A stretch of 64,000 nt of DNA, from the NCBI GenBank assembly GCA_032718475.1, contig JAUCBJ010007125.1, forward strand, positions 33,016 through 97,015, in the 5' to 3' direction. The notes below the pieces were generated by a model that made no database searches, was not told the origin of the DNA, and worked only from the letters and a program-made list of their open reading frames with translations. Source of the stretch: Nemertoderma westbladi. Taxonomy: Eukaryota > Animalia > Xenacoelomorpha. Each line of letters opens with the position of its first letter. Within the stretch, counting starts at the first letter, position 1. Below, piece by piece: positions 38,462 to 52,100 of the stretch. A program made the position numbers and the translations under genes.

Positions 38462-40064
38462 TAAATGGTTATGCCCACATACAGTACTGTAAGTTAAATG
38501 GTTATGCCCACTTACAGTACTGTAAGTTAAATGGTTATGCCCACATACAGTACTGTAAGTTAAATGGTTATGCCCACATACAGTACTGTAAGTTAAATGG
38601 TTATGCCCACATACAGTACTGTAAGTTAAATGGTTATGCCCACATACAGTACTGTAAGTTAAATGGTTATGCCCACATACAGTACTGTAAGTTAAATGGT
38701 TATGCCCACATACAGTACTGTAAGTTAAATGGTTATGCCCACATACAGTACTGTAAGTTAAATGGTTATGCCCACATACAGTACTGTAAGTTAAATGGTT
38801 ATGCCCACATACAGTACTGTAAGTTAAATGGTTATGCCCACATACAGTACTGTAAGTTAAATGGTTATGCCCACATACAGTACTGTAAGTTAAATGGTTA
38901 TGCCCACATACAGTACTGTAAGTTAAATGGTTATGCCCACATACAGTACTGTAAGTTAAATGGTTATGCCCACATACAGTACTGTAAGTTAAATGGTTAT
39001 GCCCACATACAGTACTGTAAGTTAAATGGTTATGCCCACATACAGTACTGTAAGTTAAATGGTTATGCCCACATACAGTACTGTAAGTTAAATGGTTATG
39101 CCCACATACAGTACTGTAAGTTAAATGGTTATGCCCACATACAGTACTGTAAGTTAAATGGTTATGAACACATACAGTACTGTAAGTTAAATGGTTATGC
39201 CCACATACAGTACTGTAAGTTAAATGGTTATGCCCACATACAGTACTGTAAGTTAAATGGTTATGCCCACATACAGTACTGTAAGTTAAATGGTTATGCC
39301 CACATACAGTACTGTAAGTTAAATGGTTATGCCCACATACAGTACTGTAAGTTAAATGGTTATGCCCACATACAGTACTGTAAGTTAAATGGTTATGCCC
39401 ACTTACAGTACTGTAAGTTAAATGGTTATGCCCACATACAGTACTGTAAGTTAAATGGTTATGCCCACATACAGTACTGTAAGTTAAATGGTTATGCCCA
39501 CTTACAGTACTGTAAGTTAAATGGTTATGCCCACATACAGTACTGTAAGTTAAATGGTTATGCCCACATACAGTACTGTAAGTTAAATGGTTATGCCCAC
39601 ATACAGTACTGTAAGTTAAATGGTTATGCCCACTTACAGTACTGTAAGTTAAATGGTTATGCCCACATACAGTACTGTAAGTTAAATGGTTATGCCCACA
39701 TACAGTACTGTAAGTTAAATGGTTATGCCCACATACAGTACTGTAAGTTAAATGGTTATGCCCACATACAGTACTGTAAGTTAAATGGTTATGCCCACAT
39801 ACAGTACTGTAAGTTAAATGAATAAATGGTTATGTCCACATACAGTACTGTAAGTTAAATGAATAAATGGTTATGTCCACATACAGTACTGTAAGTTAAA
39901 TGAATAAATGGTTATGCCCACATACAGTACTGTATGTTAAATGAATAAATGGTTATGTCCACATACAGTACTGTAAGTTAAATGAATAAATGGTTATGCC
40001 CACATACAGTACTGTAAGTTAAATGAATAAATGGTTATGCCCACATACAGTACTGTAAGTTAAA
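38462..40064. repeat. 33-bp satellite (40-bp variants at the 3' end), highly homogeneous
   Basis: Unit AAATGGTTATGCCCACATACAGTACTGTAAGTT, containing the palindrome TACAGTACTGTA. Confidence 0.97.
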
Positions 40065-40083
40065 TATTTACAATAAATTATAT

Positions 40084-41983
40084 CGCCCCTTAAGAATTAA
40101 AAGGCCTCATCTGCATTTTGGCAATTTTACAGGAGAGACAAAAAACTGATTAAAAACAATGAAACTTATGATGAAATGGATTTGTTGGTGCAAAATAAGT
40201 TTATTTTACACCACGCACACAACTGGCTACAACATATTCAATTTTGGAGTACACAAAAATACCTGTGTTAGATAAGGCTTTCTGATCCCGAGATTTTTCA
40301 AGCTTGATGTAGATAGGGCCTTTTGACTGCTAATTTATAGTCAACGTGCTATAGTGTTAGGCTGTTCGTGCGGCAATTAACTGCCATTGTATTAGCCAAG
40401 GAGTCAGGGCTATCAGATTTACGATGCATGATAACAATTTACTTATGGCACTGCAAGGAAACTAATAAATTCATTTCCATAATTCTTAATATATACTTAG
40501 TTTAAGGAAACTATTGGAGTAACTACACGCACATCACTTGTACTATTTGATGATGGAGATTTTGCATTACACCAATTACGCAACTGCTTCTCTCCTAGAC
40601 CGAGTGTTCCTAAAAACTGCCTCTTACATACACGAACCCTTTCGCCTTGTTCAGACAATGGTAGATAAAATATCCAGAAATTATTCCGTTTCATCTTGGC
40701 ACCCTGTATCACCAGTGATGGATTCAGGGTAATTATTATAGATCCACCCCCACCCCACTTCAAGATTCCAAAACCTAAAATACAAACGAAGTGGGGCGGG
40801 GGTTATGAACTATCAAACTCCTGAATCCATCACTAACCTCAACAGACTCTGTTGTCCGTCGGGTTACATCTTTTCGTTCGACTAATGTACCAACAAATGT
40901 CTGTTTTTCACTCCAAGTGGGCATTTTCCAGAACTGATTAAAAATAGCCTGCCTTTGTTCTTCCATCAATAACCTACAACGTACAGTTTTATTGTCACCG
41001 TCCTTGCATTGACATGCTTCTTTGAGATTTCTCGCGGGCTTCAAAACCTGTTGATTTTGTGTAGCTGAATGATAGGCAAGTCCAACAACTCGCCGCCGTT
41101 TATTTTTATTTCGCTTCCAAAGCTTTGGCTGCGCTTTACCTCTCTTCATGCGCTTGCGTTTTTCCGCTTGTGTATTTTTAGAAGATGAAGCGGAATGGAT
41201 TTCATTATCCGCACTACAGCTAGGCTTCTCCGATTTCTCTTCGTCATCATCACTACTACTATTACTTGTCATCACCCATTCCGAGTCACTATTATTGTCA
41301 TCTGTAGTACTTGTATCGCTATCACTTATACTCCATTCGATATTATCGGCCACTTTTGTACAGTCAATAGTGTCAACTGTACCAAAACCGCCGAATTCGA
41401 CAACAAATCCTTTGAACGGTGCTCCTACTCCCAATGAATTGTTTTCAGTGATGATAGCCGGTTGCGGCTGTACCATATTATTTTCCGGTACCGGTGGGAC
41501 TGCCAATTCTGGTAGCGCCACGTTTTGTACGGTACTGTTTATTTCCTCTAATCTTAATAGTTCGCTTAGTACATCATAGTCAATGGTTGACATTTTCAAA
41601 GGTCTAGGCGGATCAGAATAACAAATTAAATTCTGAATCCGGCATACGCCTACACACATACAATAATTTATGTCAACATGCTGACAGTTACACGTTTTGA
41701 GCAGAACTGTACATACAACTCTACACTAAACAGACAGCCGACAGCCGTACTGTATAAGTTCTAATATACAAAATTTGTAGATGAGGCTTTTTTGCTCTTT
41801 GAATTGAAAAAAATTAGCCAATCATGTTTTAAGGCCCAAATTGTACACGCTATAACTCTGGATCGGATTGGCCAGAAGCTTTAAGGTTTATACAGAAGAT
41901 GCGCCTGACACAGTAGAATCCCTTTAGCAAATAAAATTTTTTTTCGAAATTTGTAGATGAGGCCTTTTAATTCTTAAGGGGCG
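40084..41983 (-). mobile_element. Sola1-like DNA transposon, internal-deletion derivative
   Basis: 32-bp TIR CGCCCCTTAAGAATTAAAAGGCCTCATCTRCA, flanked by ATAT on both sides (AWWT-type 4-bp TSD). Confidence 0.75.
40497..41596 (-). pseudogene. N-terminal part of a Sola1-like transposase with a predicted 134-bp intron (40704-40837)
   Basis: WKRNKNKRRR..G.AY, CQC...C..L.EEQRQAIF..FW and RVCKRQFLGTLGL. GAG|gttagt...atacag|GGT joins the two ORFs in frame. No catalytic core follows. Confidence 0.65.
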
Positions 41984-43164
41984 ATATATTATATTTCGAT
42001 GTGTTATGTAATTTTCTAAAATACGTTTGGGGCGAGCCACGAAGTATGTCAAGTATACAGTTTAGTAAGGCCTTAATCGGCACAGTCCGTCTGTCTGGCT
42101 CAGTTTTGGAACGTTGGCATCTCAGCAACAGGAAGCACTGTGTTTTAGATAAAAAGTTATGTAAATTACAGATAATTTCGATAATTTCACTCATATCGTA
42201 AATCAGTTTTAGAACTACCTAACTGATGGGTTAGGCCATCTATAATTGTATGATGACGTCACTAAACTCCGTGTGCGATGTGCGAAGGTCTCACTCCGTA
42301 TACCTTATACTATTAGCCACACTTGTTCATTAAACGGACAAATTAATTATTGATTACTTTACATATAATTTTCACTTTGGTTAGAAGTTATTTCACTTTT
42401 ATAAATTTTTTAGTGTTTATACAATTCGCTTTTTCGGACTACGTAATATAGAAACACATTGATGCCAACGTGCCAATAAGGTTATTTGCTGTAGATTTGT
42501 TTGAAACCTCCTTAAATTCGAATGATAAAAACTTCGTAATTAAATAGGGTTAACCATAACCCTAAGACTCTCTGTCGCCTTATCTAATAAATTTGTGGAA
42601 ATTTGTACAAAGATTATATTATCCATAATCCAAACCTAATATAATTTTTACGTTATTTTACATTACAAATTATTTACAAAATCGTACGTACTGGACAAAT
42701 ACACATTTTGTTGAAATAAATACTGACGGTGCTTAATTTGTTATATTATTTACTGTTTTTTGTGCTAAAGTATTTAGTATGACATTCTAGTTAATGAATT
42801 GGCAATGCTATGTTTTTTTTTGTTTACTATCATTATTAATTCGCTTTACATTGTTTATAGCCACAAGTTGTTTAGTAATAAACCAGCGGAGAATCCGAAG
42901 TTGAATAAATTATTAATTTTGCACTTTATTTTAGTTCTTACCCCCATTACCAACTCGGTTATTTAATTTTATTCATCTTGATTAAGTATTATTCGTGTGC
43001 CGACGCAATTAGATATGTTTTTAAATGATATATGTCAAAGATATGTAATGGACAGAGTTGGTATATATTTTTGATAGAGCTACCCATGCCTTTGTCTGAC
43101 CAACAAACCCTAACCAAAAAAACAAACGAACAATCAAACAAAACAAGCAAACCTATTAGAGGTT

Positions 43165-46100
43165 ATATGTGCTGTGGGTTGTAGGTGCTGTGGAGAGTAT
43201 GTGTGCTGTGGGTTGTAGGTGCTGTGGAGAGTATGTGTGCTATGGGTTGTAGGTGCTGTGGAGAGTATATGTGCTGTGGGTTGTAGGTGCTGTGGAGAGT
43301 ATGTGTGCTGTGGGTTGTAGGTGCTGCGGAGAGTATGTGTGATATGGGTTGTAGGTGCTGTGGAGAGTATGTGTGCTATGGGTTGTAGGTGCTGTGGAGA
43401 GTATGTGTGCTGTGGGTTGTAGGTGCTGTGGAGAGTATGTGTGCTATGGGTTGTAGGTGCTGTGGAGAGTATGTGTGCTATGGGTTGTAGGTGCTGTGGA
43501 GAGTATGTGTGCTATGGGTTGTAGGTGCTGTGGAGAGTATGTGTGCTATGGGTTGTAGGTGCTGTGGAGAGTATGTGTGCTATGGGTTGTAGGTGCTGTG
43601 GAGAGTATGTGTGCTATGGGTTGTAGGTGCTGTGGAGAGTATGTGTGATATGGGTTGTAGGTGCTGTGGAGAGTATGTGTGCTATGGGTTATAGGTGCTG
43701 TGGAGAGTATGTGTGCTATGGGTTGTAGGTGCTGTGGAGAGTATGTGTGATATGGGTTGTAGGTGCTGTGGAGAGTATGTGTGCTATGGGTTGTAGGTGC
43801 TGTGGAGAGTATGTGTGCTATGGGTTGTAGGTGCTGTGGAGAGTATGTGTGCTATGGGTTGTAGGTGCTGTGGAGAGTATGTGTGCTATGGGTTGTAGGT
43901 GCTGTGGAGAGTATATGACATATGTGCTGTGGGTTGTAGGTGCTGTGGAGAGTATATGACATATGTGCTGTGGGTTGTAGGTGCTGTGGAGAGTATGTGT
44001 GCTGTGGGTTGTAGGTGCTGTGGAGAGTATATGACATATGTGCTGTGGGTTGTAGGTGCTGTGGAGAGTATATGACATATGTGCTGTGGGTTGTAGGTGC
44101 TGTGGAGAGTATGTATGCTATGGGTTGTAGGTGCTGTAGAGAGTATATGACATATGTGCTGTGGGTTGTAGGTGCTGTGGAGAGTATGTGTGCTGTGGGT
44201 TGTAGGTGCTGTGGAGAGTATGTGTGCTATGTGTTGTAGGTGCTGTGGGGAGTATGTGTGCTATGGGTTGTAGGTGCTGTGGAGAGTATGTGTGCTATGG
44301 GTTGTAGGTGCTGTGGAGAGTATATGTGCTATGGGTTGTAGGTGCTGTGGAGAGTATGTGTGCTATGGGTTGTAGGTGCTGTGGAGAGTATGTGTGCTAT
44401 GGGTTGTAGGTGCTGTGGAGAGTATGTGTGCTATGGGTTGTAGGTGCTGTGGAGAGTATATGACATATGTGCTATGGGTTGTAGGTGCTGTGGAGAGTAT
44501 GTGTGCTATGGGTTGTAGGTGCTGTGGAGAGTATGTGTGCTATGGGTTGTAGGTGCTGTGGAGAGTATATGTGCTATGGGTTGTAGGTGCTGTGGAGAGT
44601 ATGTGTGCTATGGGTTGTAGGTGCTGTGGAGAGTATATGTGCTGTGGAGAGTATGTGTGCTGTGGGTTGTAGGTGCTGTGGAGAGTATGTGTGATATGGG
44701 TTGTAGGTGCTGTGGAGAGTATGTGTGCTATGGGTTGTAGGTGCTGTGGAGAGTATATGTGCTATGGGTTGTAGGTGCTGTGGAGAGTATATGTGCTATG
44801 GGTTGTAGGTGCTGTGGAGAGTATGTGTGCTATGGGTTGTAGGTGCTGTGGAGAGTATATGTGCTGTGGGTTGTAGGTGCTGTGGAGAGTATGTGTGCTA
44901 TGGGTTGTAGGTGCTGTGGAGAGTATGTGTGCTATGGGTTGTAGGTGCTGTGGAGAGTATGTGTGCTATGGGTTGTAGGTGCTGTGGAGAGTATATGTGC
45001 TATGGGTTGTAGGTGCTGTGGAGAGTATGTGTGCTATGGGTTGTAGGTGCTGTGGAGAGTATATGTGCTGTGGAGAGTATGTGTGCTGTGGGTTGTAGGT
45101 GCTGTGGAGAGTATGTGTGATATGGGTTGTAGGTGCTGTGGAGAGTATGTGTGCTATGGGTTGTAGGTGCTGTGGAGAGTATATGTGCTATGGGTTGTAG
45201 GTGCTGTGGAGAGTATGTGTGCTATGGGTTGTAGGTGCTGTGGAGAGTATGTGTGCTATGGGTTGTATGTGCTGTGGAGAGTATGTGTGCTATGGGTTGT
45301 AGGTGCTGTGGAGAGTATGTGTGCTATGGGTTGTAGGTGCTGTGGAGAGTATATGTGCTATGGGTTGTAGGTGCTGTGGAGAGTATATGTGCTGTGGGTT
45401 GTAGGTGCTGTGGAGAGTATGTGTGCTATGGGTTGTAGGTGCTGTGGAGAGTATGTGTGCTATGGGTTGTAGGTGCTGTGGAGAGTATATGTGCTGTGGG
45501 TTGTAGGTGCTGTGGAGAGTATGTGTGCTATGGGTTGTAGGTGCTGTGGAGAGTATGTGTGCTATGGGTTGTAGGTGCTGTGGAGAGTATATGTGCTATG
45601 GGTTGTAGGTGCTGTGGAGAGTATATGACATATGTGCTGTGGGTTGTAGGTGCTGTGGAGAGTATGTGTGCTATGGGTTGTAGGTGCTGTGGAGAGTATA
45701 TGACATGTGCTATGGGTTGTAGGTGCTGTGGGGAGTATGTGTGCTATGGGTTGTAGGTGCTGTGGAGAGTATGTGTGCTATGGGTTGTAGGTGCTGTGGA
45801 GAGTATATGTGCTATGGGTTGTAGGTGCTGTGGAGAGTATGTGTGCTATGGGTTGTAGGTGCTGTGGAGAGTATGTGTGCTGTGGGTTGTAGGTGCTGTG
45901 GAGAGTATGTGTGCTATGGGTTGTAGGTGCTGTGGAGAGTATGTGTGCTATGGGTTGTAGGTGCTGTGGAGAGTATGTGTGATATGGGTTGTAGGTGCTG
46001 TGGAGAGTATGTGTGCTATGGGTTGTAGGTGCTGTGGAGAGTATGTGTGCTATGGGTTGTAGGTGCTGTGGAGAGTATGTGTGCTATGGGTTGTAGGTGC

Positions 46101-49100
46101 TGTGGAGAGTATGTGTGCTATGGGTTGTAGGTGCTGTGGAGAGTATATGACATATGTGCTGTGGGTTGTAGGTGCTGTGGAGAGTATATGACATATGTGC
46201 TGTGGGTTGTAGGTGCTGTGGAGAGTATGTGTGCTGTGGGTTGTAGGTGCTGTGGAGAGTATATGACATATGTGCTGTGGGTTGTAGGTGCTGTGGAGAG
46301 TATATGACATATGTGCTGTGGGTTGTAGGTGCTGTGGAGAGTATGTATGCTATGGGTTGTAGGTGCTGTAGAGAGTATATGACATATGTGCTGTGGGTTG
46401 TAGGTGCTGTGGAGAGTATGTGTGCTGTGGGTTGTAGGTGCTGTGGAGAGTATGTGTGCTATGTGTTGTAGGTGCTGTGGGGAGTATGTGTGCTATGGGT
46501 TGTAGGTGCTGTGGAGAGTATGTGTGCTATGGGTTGTAGGTGCTGTGGAGAGTATATGTGCTATGGGTTGTAGGTGCTGTGGAGAGTATGTGTGCTATGG
46601 GTTGTAGGTGCTGTGGAGAGTATGTGTGCTATGGGTTGTAGGTGCTGTGGAGAGTATATGACATATGTGCTATGGGTTGTAGGTGCTGTGGAGAGTATGT
46701 GTGCTATGGGTTGTAGGTGCTGTGGAGAGTATGTGTGCTATGGGTTGTAGGTGCTGTGGAGAGTATGTGTGCTATGGGTTGTAGGTGCTGTGGAGAGTAT
46801 GTGTGCTATGGGTTGTAGGTGCTGTGGAGAGTATGTGTGCTATGGGTTGTAGGTGCTGTGGAGTGTATGTGTGCTATGGGTTGTAGGTGCTGTGGAGAGT
46901 ATATGACATATGTGCTGTGGGTTGTAGGTGCTGTGGAGAGTATGTGTGCTATGGGTTGTAGGTGCTGTGGAGAGTATATGACATATGTGCTATGGGTTGT
47001 AGGTGCTGTGGAGAGTATGTGTGCTATGTGTTGTAGGTGCTTTGGAGAGTATGTGTGCTATGGGTTGTAGGTGTTGTGGAGAGTATGTGTGCTATGGGTT
47101 GTAGGTGCTGTGGAGAGTATGTGTGCTATGGGTTGTAGGTGCTGTGGAGAGTATGTGTGCTATGGGTTGTAGGTGCTGTGGAGAGTATATGTGCTGTGGG
47201 TTGTAGGTGCTGTGGAGAGTATGTGTGCTGTGGGTTGTAGGTGCTGTGGAGAGTATGTGTGCTGTGGGTTGTAGGTGCTGTGGAGAGTATGTGTGATATG
47301 GGTTGTAGGTGCTTTGGAGAGTATGTGTGCTATGGGTTGTAGGTCCTGTGGAGAGTATATGTGCTGTGGGTTGTAGGTGCTGTGGAGAGTATGTGTGCTG
47401 TGGGTTGTAGGTGCTGTGGAGAGTATGTGTGCTATGGGTTGTAGGTGCTGTGGAGAGTATGTGTGCTATGGGTTGTAGGTGCTGTGGAGAGTATGTGTGC
47501 TATGGGTTGTAGGTGCTGTGGAGAGTATATGACATATGTGCTATGGGTTGTAGGTGCTGTGGAGAGTATGTGTGCTGTGGGTTGTAGGTGCTGTGGAGAG
47601 TATGTGTGCTATGGGTTGTAGGTGCTGTGGAGAGTATATGACATATGTGCTATGGGTTGTAGGTGCTGTGGAGATTATGTGTGCTATGGGTTGTAGGTGC
47701 TGTGGAGAGTATGTGTGATATGGGTTGTAGGTGCTGTGGAGAGTATGTGTGCTATGGGTTGTAGGTGCTGTGGAGAGTATATGTGCTGTGGGTTGTAGGT
47801 GCTGTGGAGAGTATGTGTGCTGTGGGTTGTAGGTGCTGTGGAGAGTATGTGTGCTATGGGTTGTAGGTGCTGTGGAGAGTATGTGTGCTATGGGTTGTAG
47901 GTGCTGTGGAGAGTATGTGTGCTATGGGTTGTAGGTGCTGTGGAGAGTATATGTGCTATGGGTTGTAGGTGCTGTGGAGAGTATGTGTGCTATGGGTTGT
48001 AGGTGCTGTGGAGAGTATATGTGCTGTGGAGAGTATGTGTGCTGTGGGTTGTAGGTGCTGTGGAGAGTATGTGTGATATGGGTTGTAGGTGCTGTGGAGA
48101 GTATGTGTGCTATGGGTTGTAGGTGCTGTGGAGAGTATATGTGCTATGGGTTGTAGGTGCTGTGGAGAGTATGTGTGCTATGGGTTGTAGGTGCTGTGGA
48201 GAGTATGTGTGCTATGGGTTGTAGGTGCTGTGGAGAGTATGTGTGCTATGGGTTGTAGGTGCTGTGGAGAGTATGTGTGCTATGGGTTGTAGGTGCTGTG
48301 GAGAGTATATGTGCTATGGGTTGTAGGTGCTGTGGAGAGTATATGTGCTGTGGGTTGTAGGTGCTGTGGAGAGTATGTGTGCTATGGGTTGTAGGTGCTG
48401 TGGAGAGTATGTGTGCTATGGGTTGTAGGTGCTGTGGAGAGTATATGTGCTGTGGGTTGTAGGTGCTGTGGAGAGTATGTGTGCTATGGGTTGTAGGTGC
48501 TGTGGAGAGTATGTGTGCTATGGGTTGTAGGTGCTGTGGAGAGTATATGTGCTATGGGTTGTAGGTGCTGTGGAGAGTATATGACATATGTGCTGTGGGT
48601 TGTAGGTGCTGTGGAGAGTATGTGTGCTATGGGTTGTAGGTGCTGTGGAGAGTATGATGTGCTATGGGTTGTAGGTGCTGTGGAGAGTATGTGTGCTATG
48701 GGTTGTAGGTGCTGTGGAGAGTATGTGTGCTATGGGTTGTAGGTGCTGTGGAGAGTATGATGTGCTATGGGTTGTAGGTGCTGTGGAGAGTATGTGTGCT
48801 ATGGGTTGTAGGTGCTGTGGAGAGTATGTGTGCTGTGGGTTGTAGGTGCTGTGGAGAGTATGTGTGCTATGGGTTGTAGGTGCTGTGGAGAGTATGTGTG
48901 CTATGGGTTGTAGGTGCTGTGGAGAGTATATGTGCTATGGGTTGTAGGTGCTGTGGAGAGTATGTGTGCTATGGGTTGTAGGTGCTGTGGAGAGTATGTG
49001 TGCTATGGGTTGTAGGTGCTGTGGAGAGTATGTGTGCTATGGGTTGTAGGTGCTGTGGAGAGTATGTGTGCTATGGGTTGTAGGTGCTGTGGAGAGTATG

Positions 49101-52100
49101 TGTGCTATGGGTTGTAGGTGCTGTGGAGAGTATGTGTGCTATGGGTTGTAGGTGCTGTGGAGAGTATGTGTGCTATGGGTTGTAGGTGCTGTGGAGAGTA
49201 TGTGTGCTATGGGTTGTAGGTGCTGTGGAGAGTATGTGTGCTGTGGGTTGTAGGTGCTGTGGAGAGTATGTGTGCTATGGGTTGTAGGTGCTGTGGAGAG
49301 TATGTGTGCTATGGGTTGTAGGTGCTGTGGAGAGTATGTGTGCTGTGGGTTGTAGGTGCTGTGGAGAGTATGTGTGCTGTGGGTTGTAGGTGCTGTGGAG
49401 AGTATGTAGTGCTATGGGTTGTAGGTGCTGTGGAGAGTATGTGTGCTATGGGTTGTAGGTGCTGTGGAGAGTATGTGTGCTATGGGTTGTAGGTGCTGTG
49501 GAGAGTATATGACATATGTGCTGTGGGTTGTAGGTGCTGTGGAGAGTATGTGTGCTATGGGTTGTAGGTGCTGTGGAGAGTATATGACATATGTGCTATG
49601 GGTTGTAGGTGCTGTGGAGATTATGTGTGCTATGGGTTGTAGGTGCTGTGGAGAGTATATGTGCTGTGGGTTGTAGGTGCTGTGGAGAGTATGTGTGCTG
49701 TGGGTTGTAGGTGCTGTGGAGAGTATGTGTGCTATGGGTTGTAGGTGCTGTGGAGAGTATGTGTGCTATGGGTTGTAGGTGCTGTGGAGAGTATGTGTGC
49801 TATGGGTTGTAGGTGTTGTGGAGAGTATGTGTGCTATGGGTTGTAGGTGCTGTGGAGAGTATGTGTGCTATGGGTTGTAGGTGCTGTGCAGAGTATGTGT
49901 GCTATGGGTTGTAGGTGCTGTGGAGAGTATATGATATATGTGCTGTGGGTTGTAGGTGCTGTGGAGAGTATGTGTGCTATGGGTTGTAGGTGCTGTGGAG
50001 AGTATATGACATGTGCTATGGGTTGTAGGTGCTGTGGAGAGTATGTGTGCTATGGGTTGTAGGTGCTGTGGAGAGTATGTGTGCTATGGGTTGTAGGTGC
50101 TGTGGAGAGTATGTGTGCTATGGGTTGTAGGTGCTGTGCAGAGTATGTGTGCTATGGGTTGTAGGTGCTGTGGAGAGTATATGATATATGTGCTGTGGGT
50201 TGTAGGTGCTGTGGAGAGTATGTGTGCTATGGGTTGTAGGTGCTGTGGAGAGTATGTGTGCTATGGGTTGTAGGTGCTGTGGAGAGTATATGACATATGT
50301 GCTATGGGTTGTAGGTGCTGTGGAGAGTATGTGTGCTATGGGTTGTAGGTGCTGTGGAGAGTATGTGTGCTGTGGGTTGTAGGTGCTGTGGAGAGTATGT
50401 GTGCTATGGGTTGTAGGTGCTGTGGAGAGTATGTGTGCTATGGGTTGTAGGTGCTGTGGAGAGGATATGACATATGTGCTATGGGTTGTAGGTGCTGTGG
50501 AGAGTATGTGTGCTATGGGTTGTAGGTGCTGTGGAGAGTATGTGTGCTATGGGTTGTAGGTGCTGTGGAGAGTATATGACATATGTGCTATGGGTTGTAG
50601 GTGCTGTGGAGAGTATGTGTGCTGTGGGTTGTAGGTGCTGTGGAGAGTATGTGTGCTATGGGTTGTAGGTGCTGTGGAGAGTATGTATGCTATGGGTTGT
50701 AGGTGCTGTGGAGAGTATATGTGCTGTGGGTTGTAGGTGCTGTGGAGAGTATGTGTGCTGTGGGTTGTAGGTGCTGTGGAGAGTATGTGTGATATGGGTT
50801 GTAGGTGCTGTGGAGAGTATGTGTGCTATGGGTTGTAGGTGCTGTGGAGAGTATATGTGCTGTGGGTTGTAGGTGCTGTGGAGAGTATGTGTGCTATGGG
50901 TTGTAGGTGCTGTGGAGAGTATATGTGCTGTGGGTTGTAGGTGCTGTGGAGAGTATGTGTGCTGTGGGTTGTAGGTGCTGTGGAGAGTATGTGTGATATG
51001 GGTTGTAGGTGCTTTGGAGAGTATGTGTGCTATGGGTTGTAGGTGCTGTGGAGAGTATATGTGCTGTGGGTTGTAGGTGCTGTGGAGAGTATGTGTGCTG
51101 TGGGTTGTAGGTGCTGTGGAGAGTATGTGTGCTATGGGTTGTAGGTGCTGTGGAGAGTATGTGTGCTATGGGTTGTAGGTGCTGTGGAGAGTATGTATGC
51201 TATGGGTTGTAGGTGCTGTGGAGAGTATATGACATATGTGCTGTGGGTTGTAGGTGCTGTGGAGAGTATGTGTGCTATGGGTTGTAGGTGCTGTGGAGAG
51301 TATATGACATATGTGCTATGGGTTGTAGGTGCTGTGGAGATTATGTGTGCTATGGGTTGTAGGTGCTGTGGAGAGTATATGTGCTGTGGGTTGTACGTGC
51401 TGTGGAGAGTATGTGTGCTGTGGGTTATAGGTGCTGTGGAGAGTATGTGTGCTATGGGTTGTAGGTGCTGTGGAGAGTATGTGTGCTATGGGTTGTAGGT
51501 GCTGTGGAGAGTATGTGTGCTATGGGTTGTAGGTGCTGTGGAGAGTATGTGTGCTATGGGTTGTAGGTGCTGTGGAGAGTATGTGTGCTATGGGTTGTAG
51601 GTGCTGTGGAGAGTATTTGTGCTATGGGTTGTAGGTGCTGTGGAGAGTATATGACATATGTGCTATGGGTTGTAGGTGCTGTGGAGAGTATGTGTGCTGT
51701 GGGTTGTAGGTGCTGTGGAGAGTATGTGTGCTATGGGTTGTAGGTGCTGTGGAGAGTATGTGTGCTATGGGTTGTAGGTGCTGTGGAGAGTATGTGTGCT
51801 ATGGGTTGTAGGTGCTGTGGAGAGTATGTGTGCTATGGGTTGTAGGTGCTGTGGAGAGTATGTGTGCTATGGGTTGTAGGTGCTGTGGAGAGTATATGAC
51901 ATATGTGCTATGGGTTGTAGGTGCTGTGGAGAGTATGTGTGCTATGGGTTGTAGGTGCTGTGGAGAGTATATGTGCTGTGGGTTGTAGGTGCTGTGGAGA
52001 GTATGTGTGCTATGGGTTGTAGGTGCTGTGGAGAGTATATGACATATGTGCTATGGGTTGTAGGTGCTGTGGAGATTATGTGTGCTATGGGTTGTAGGTG

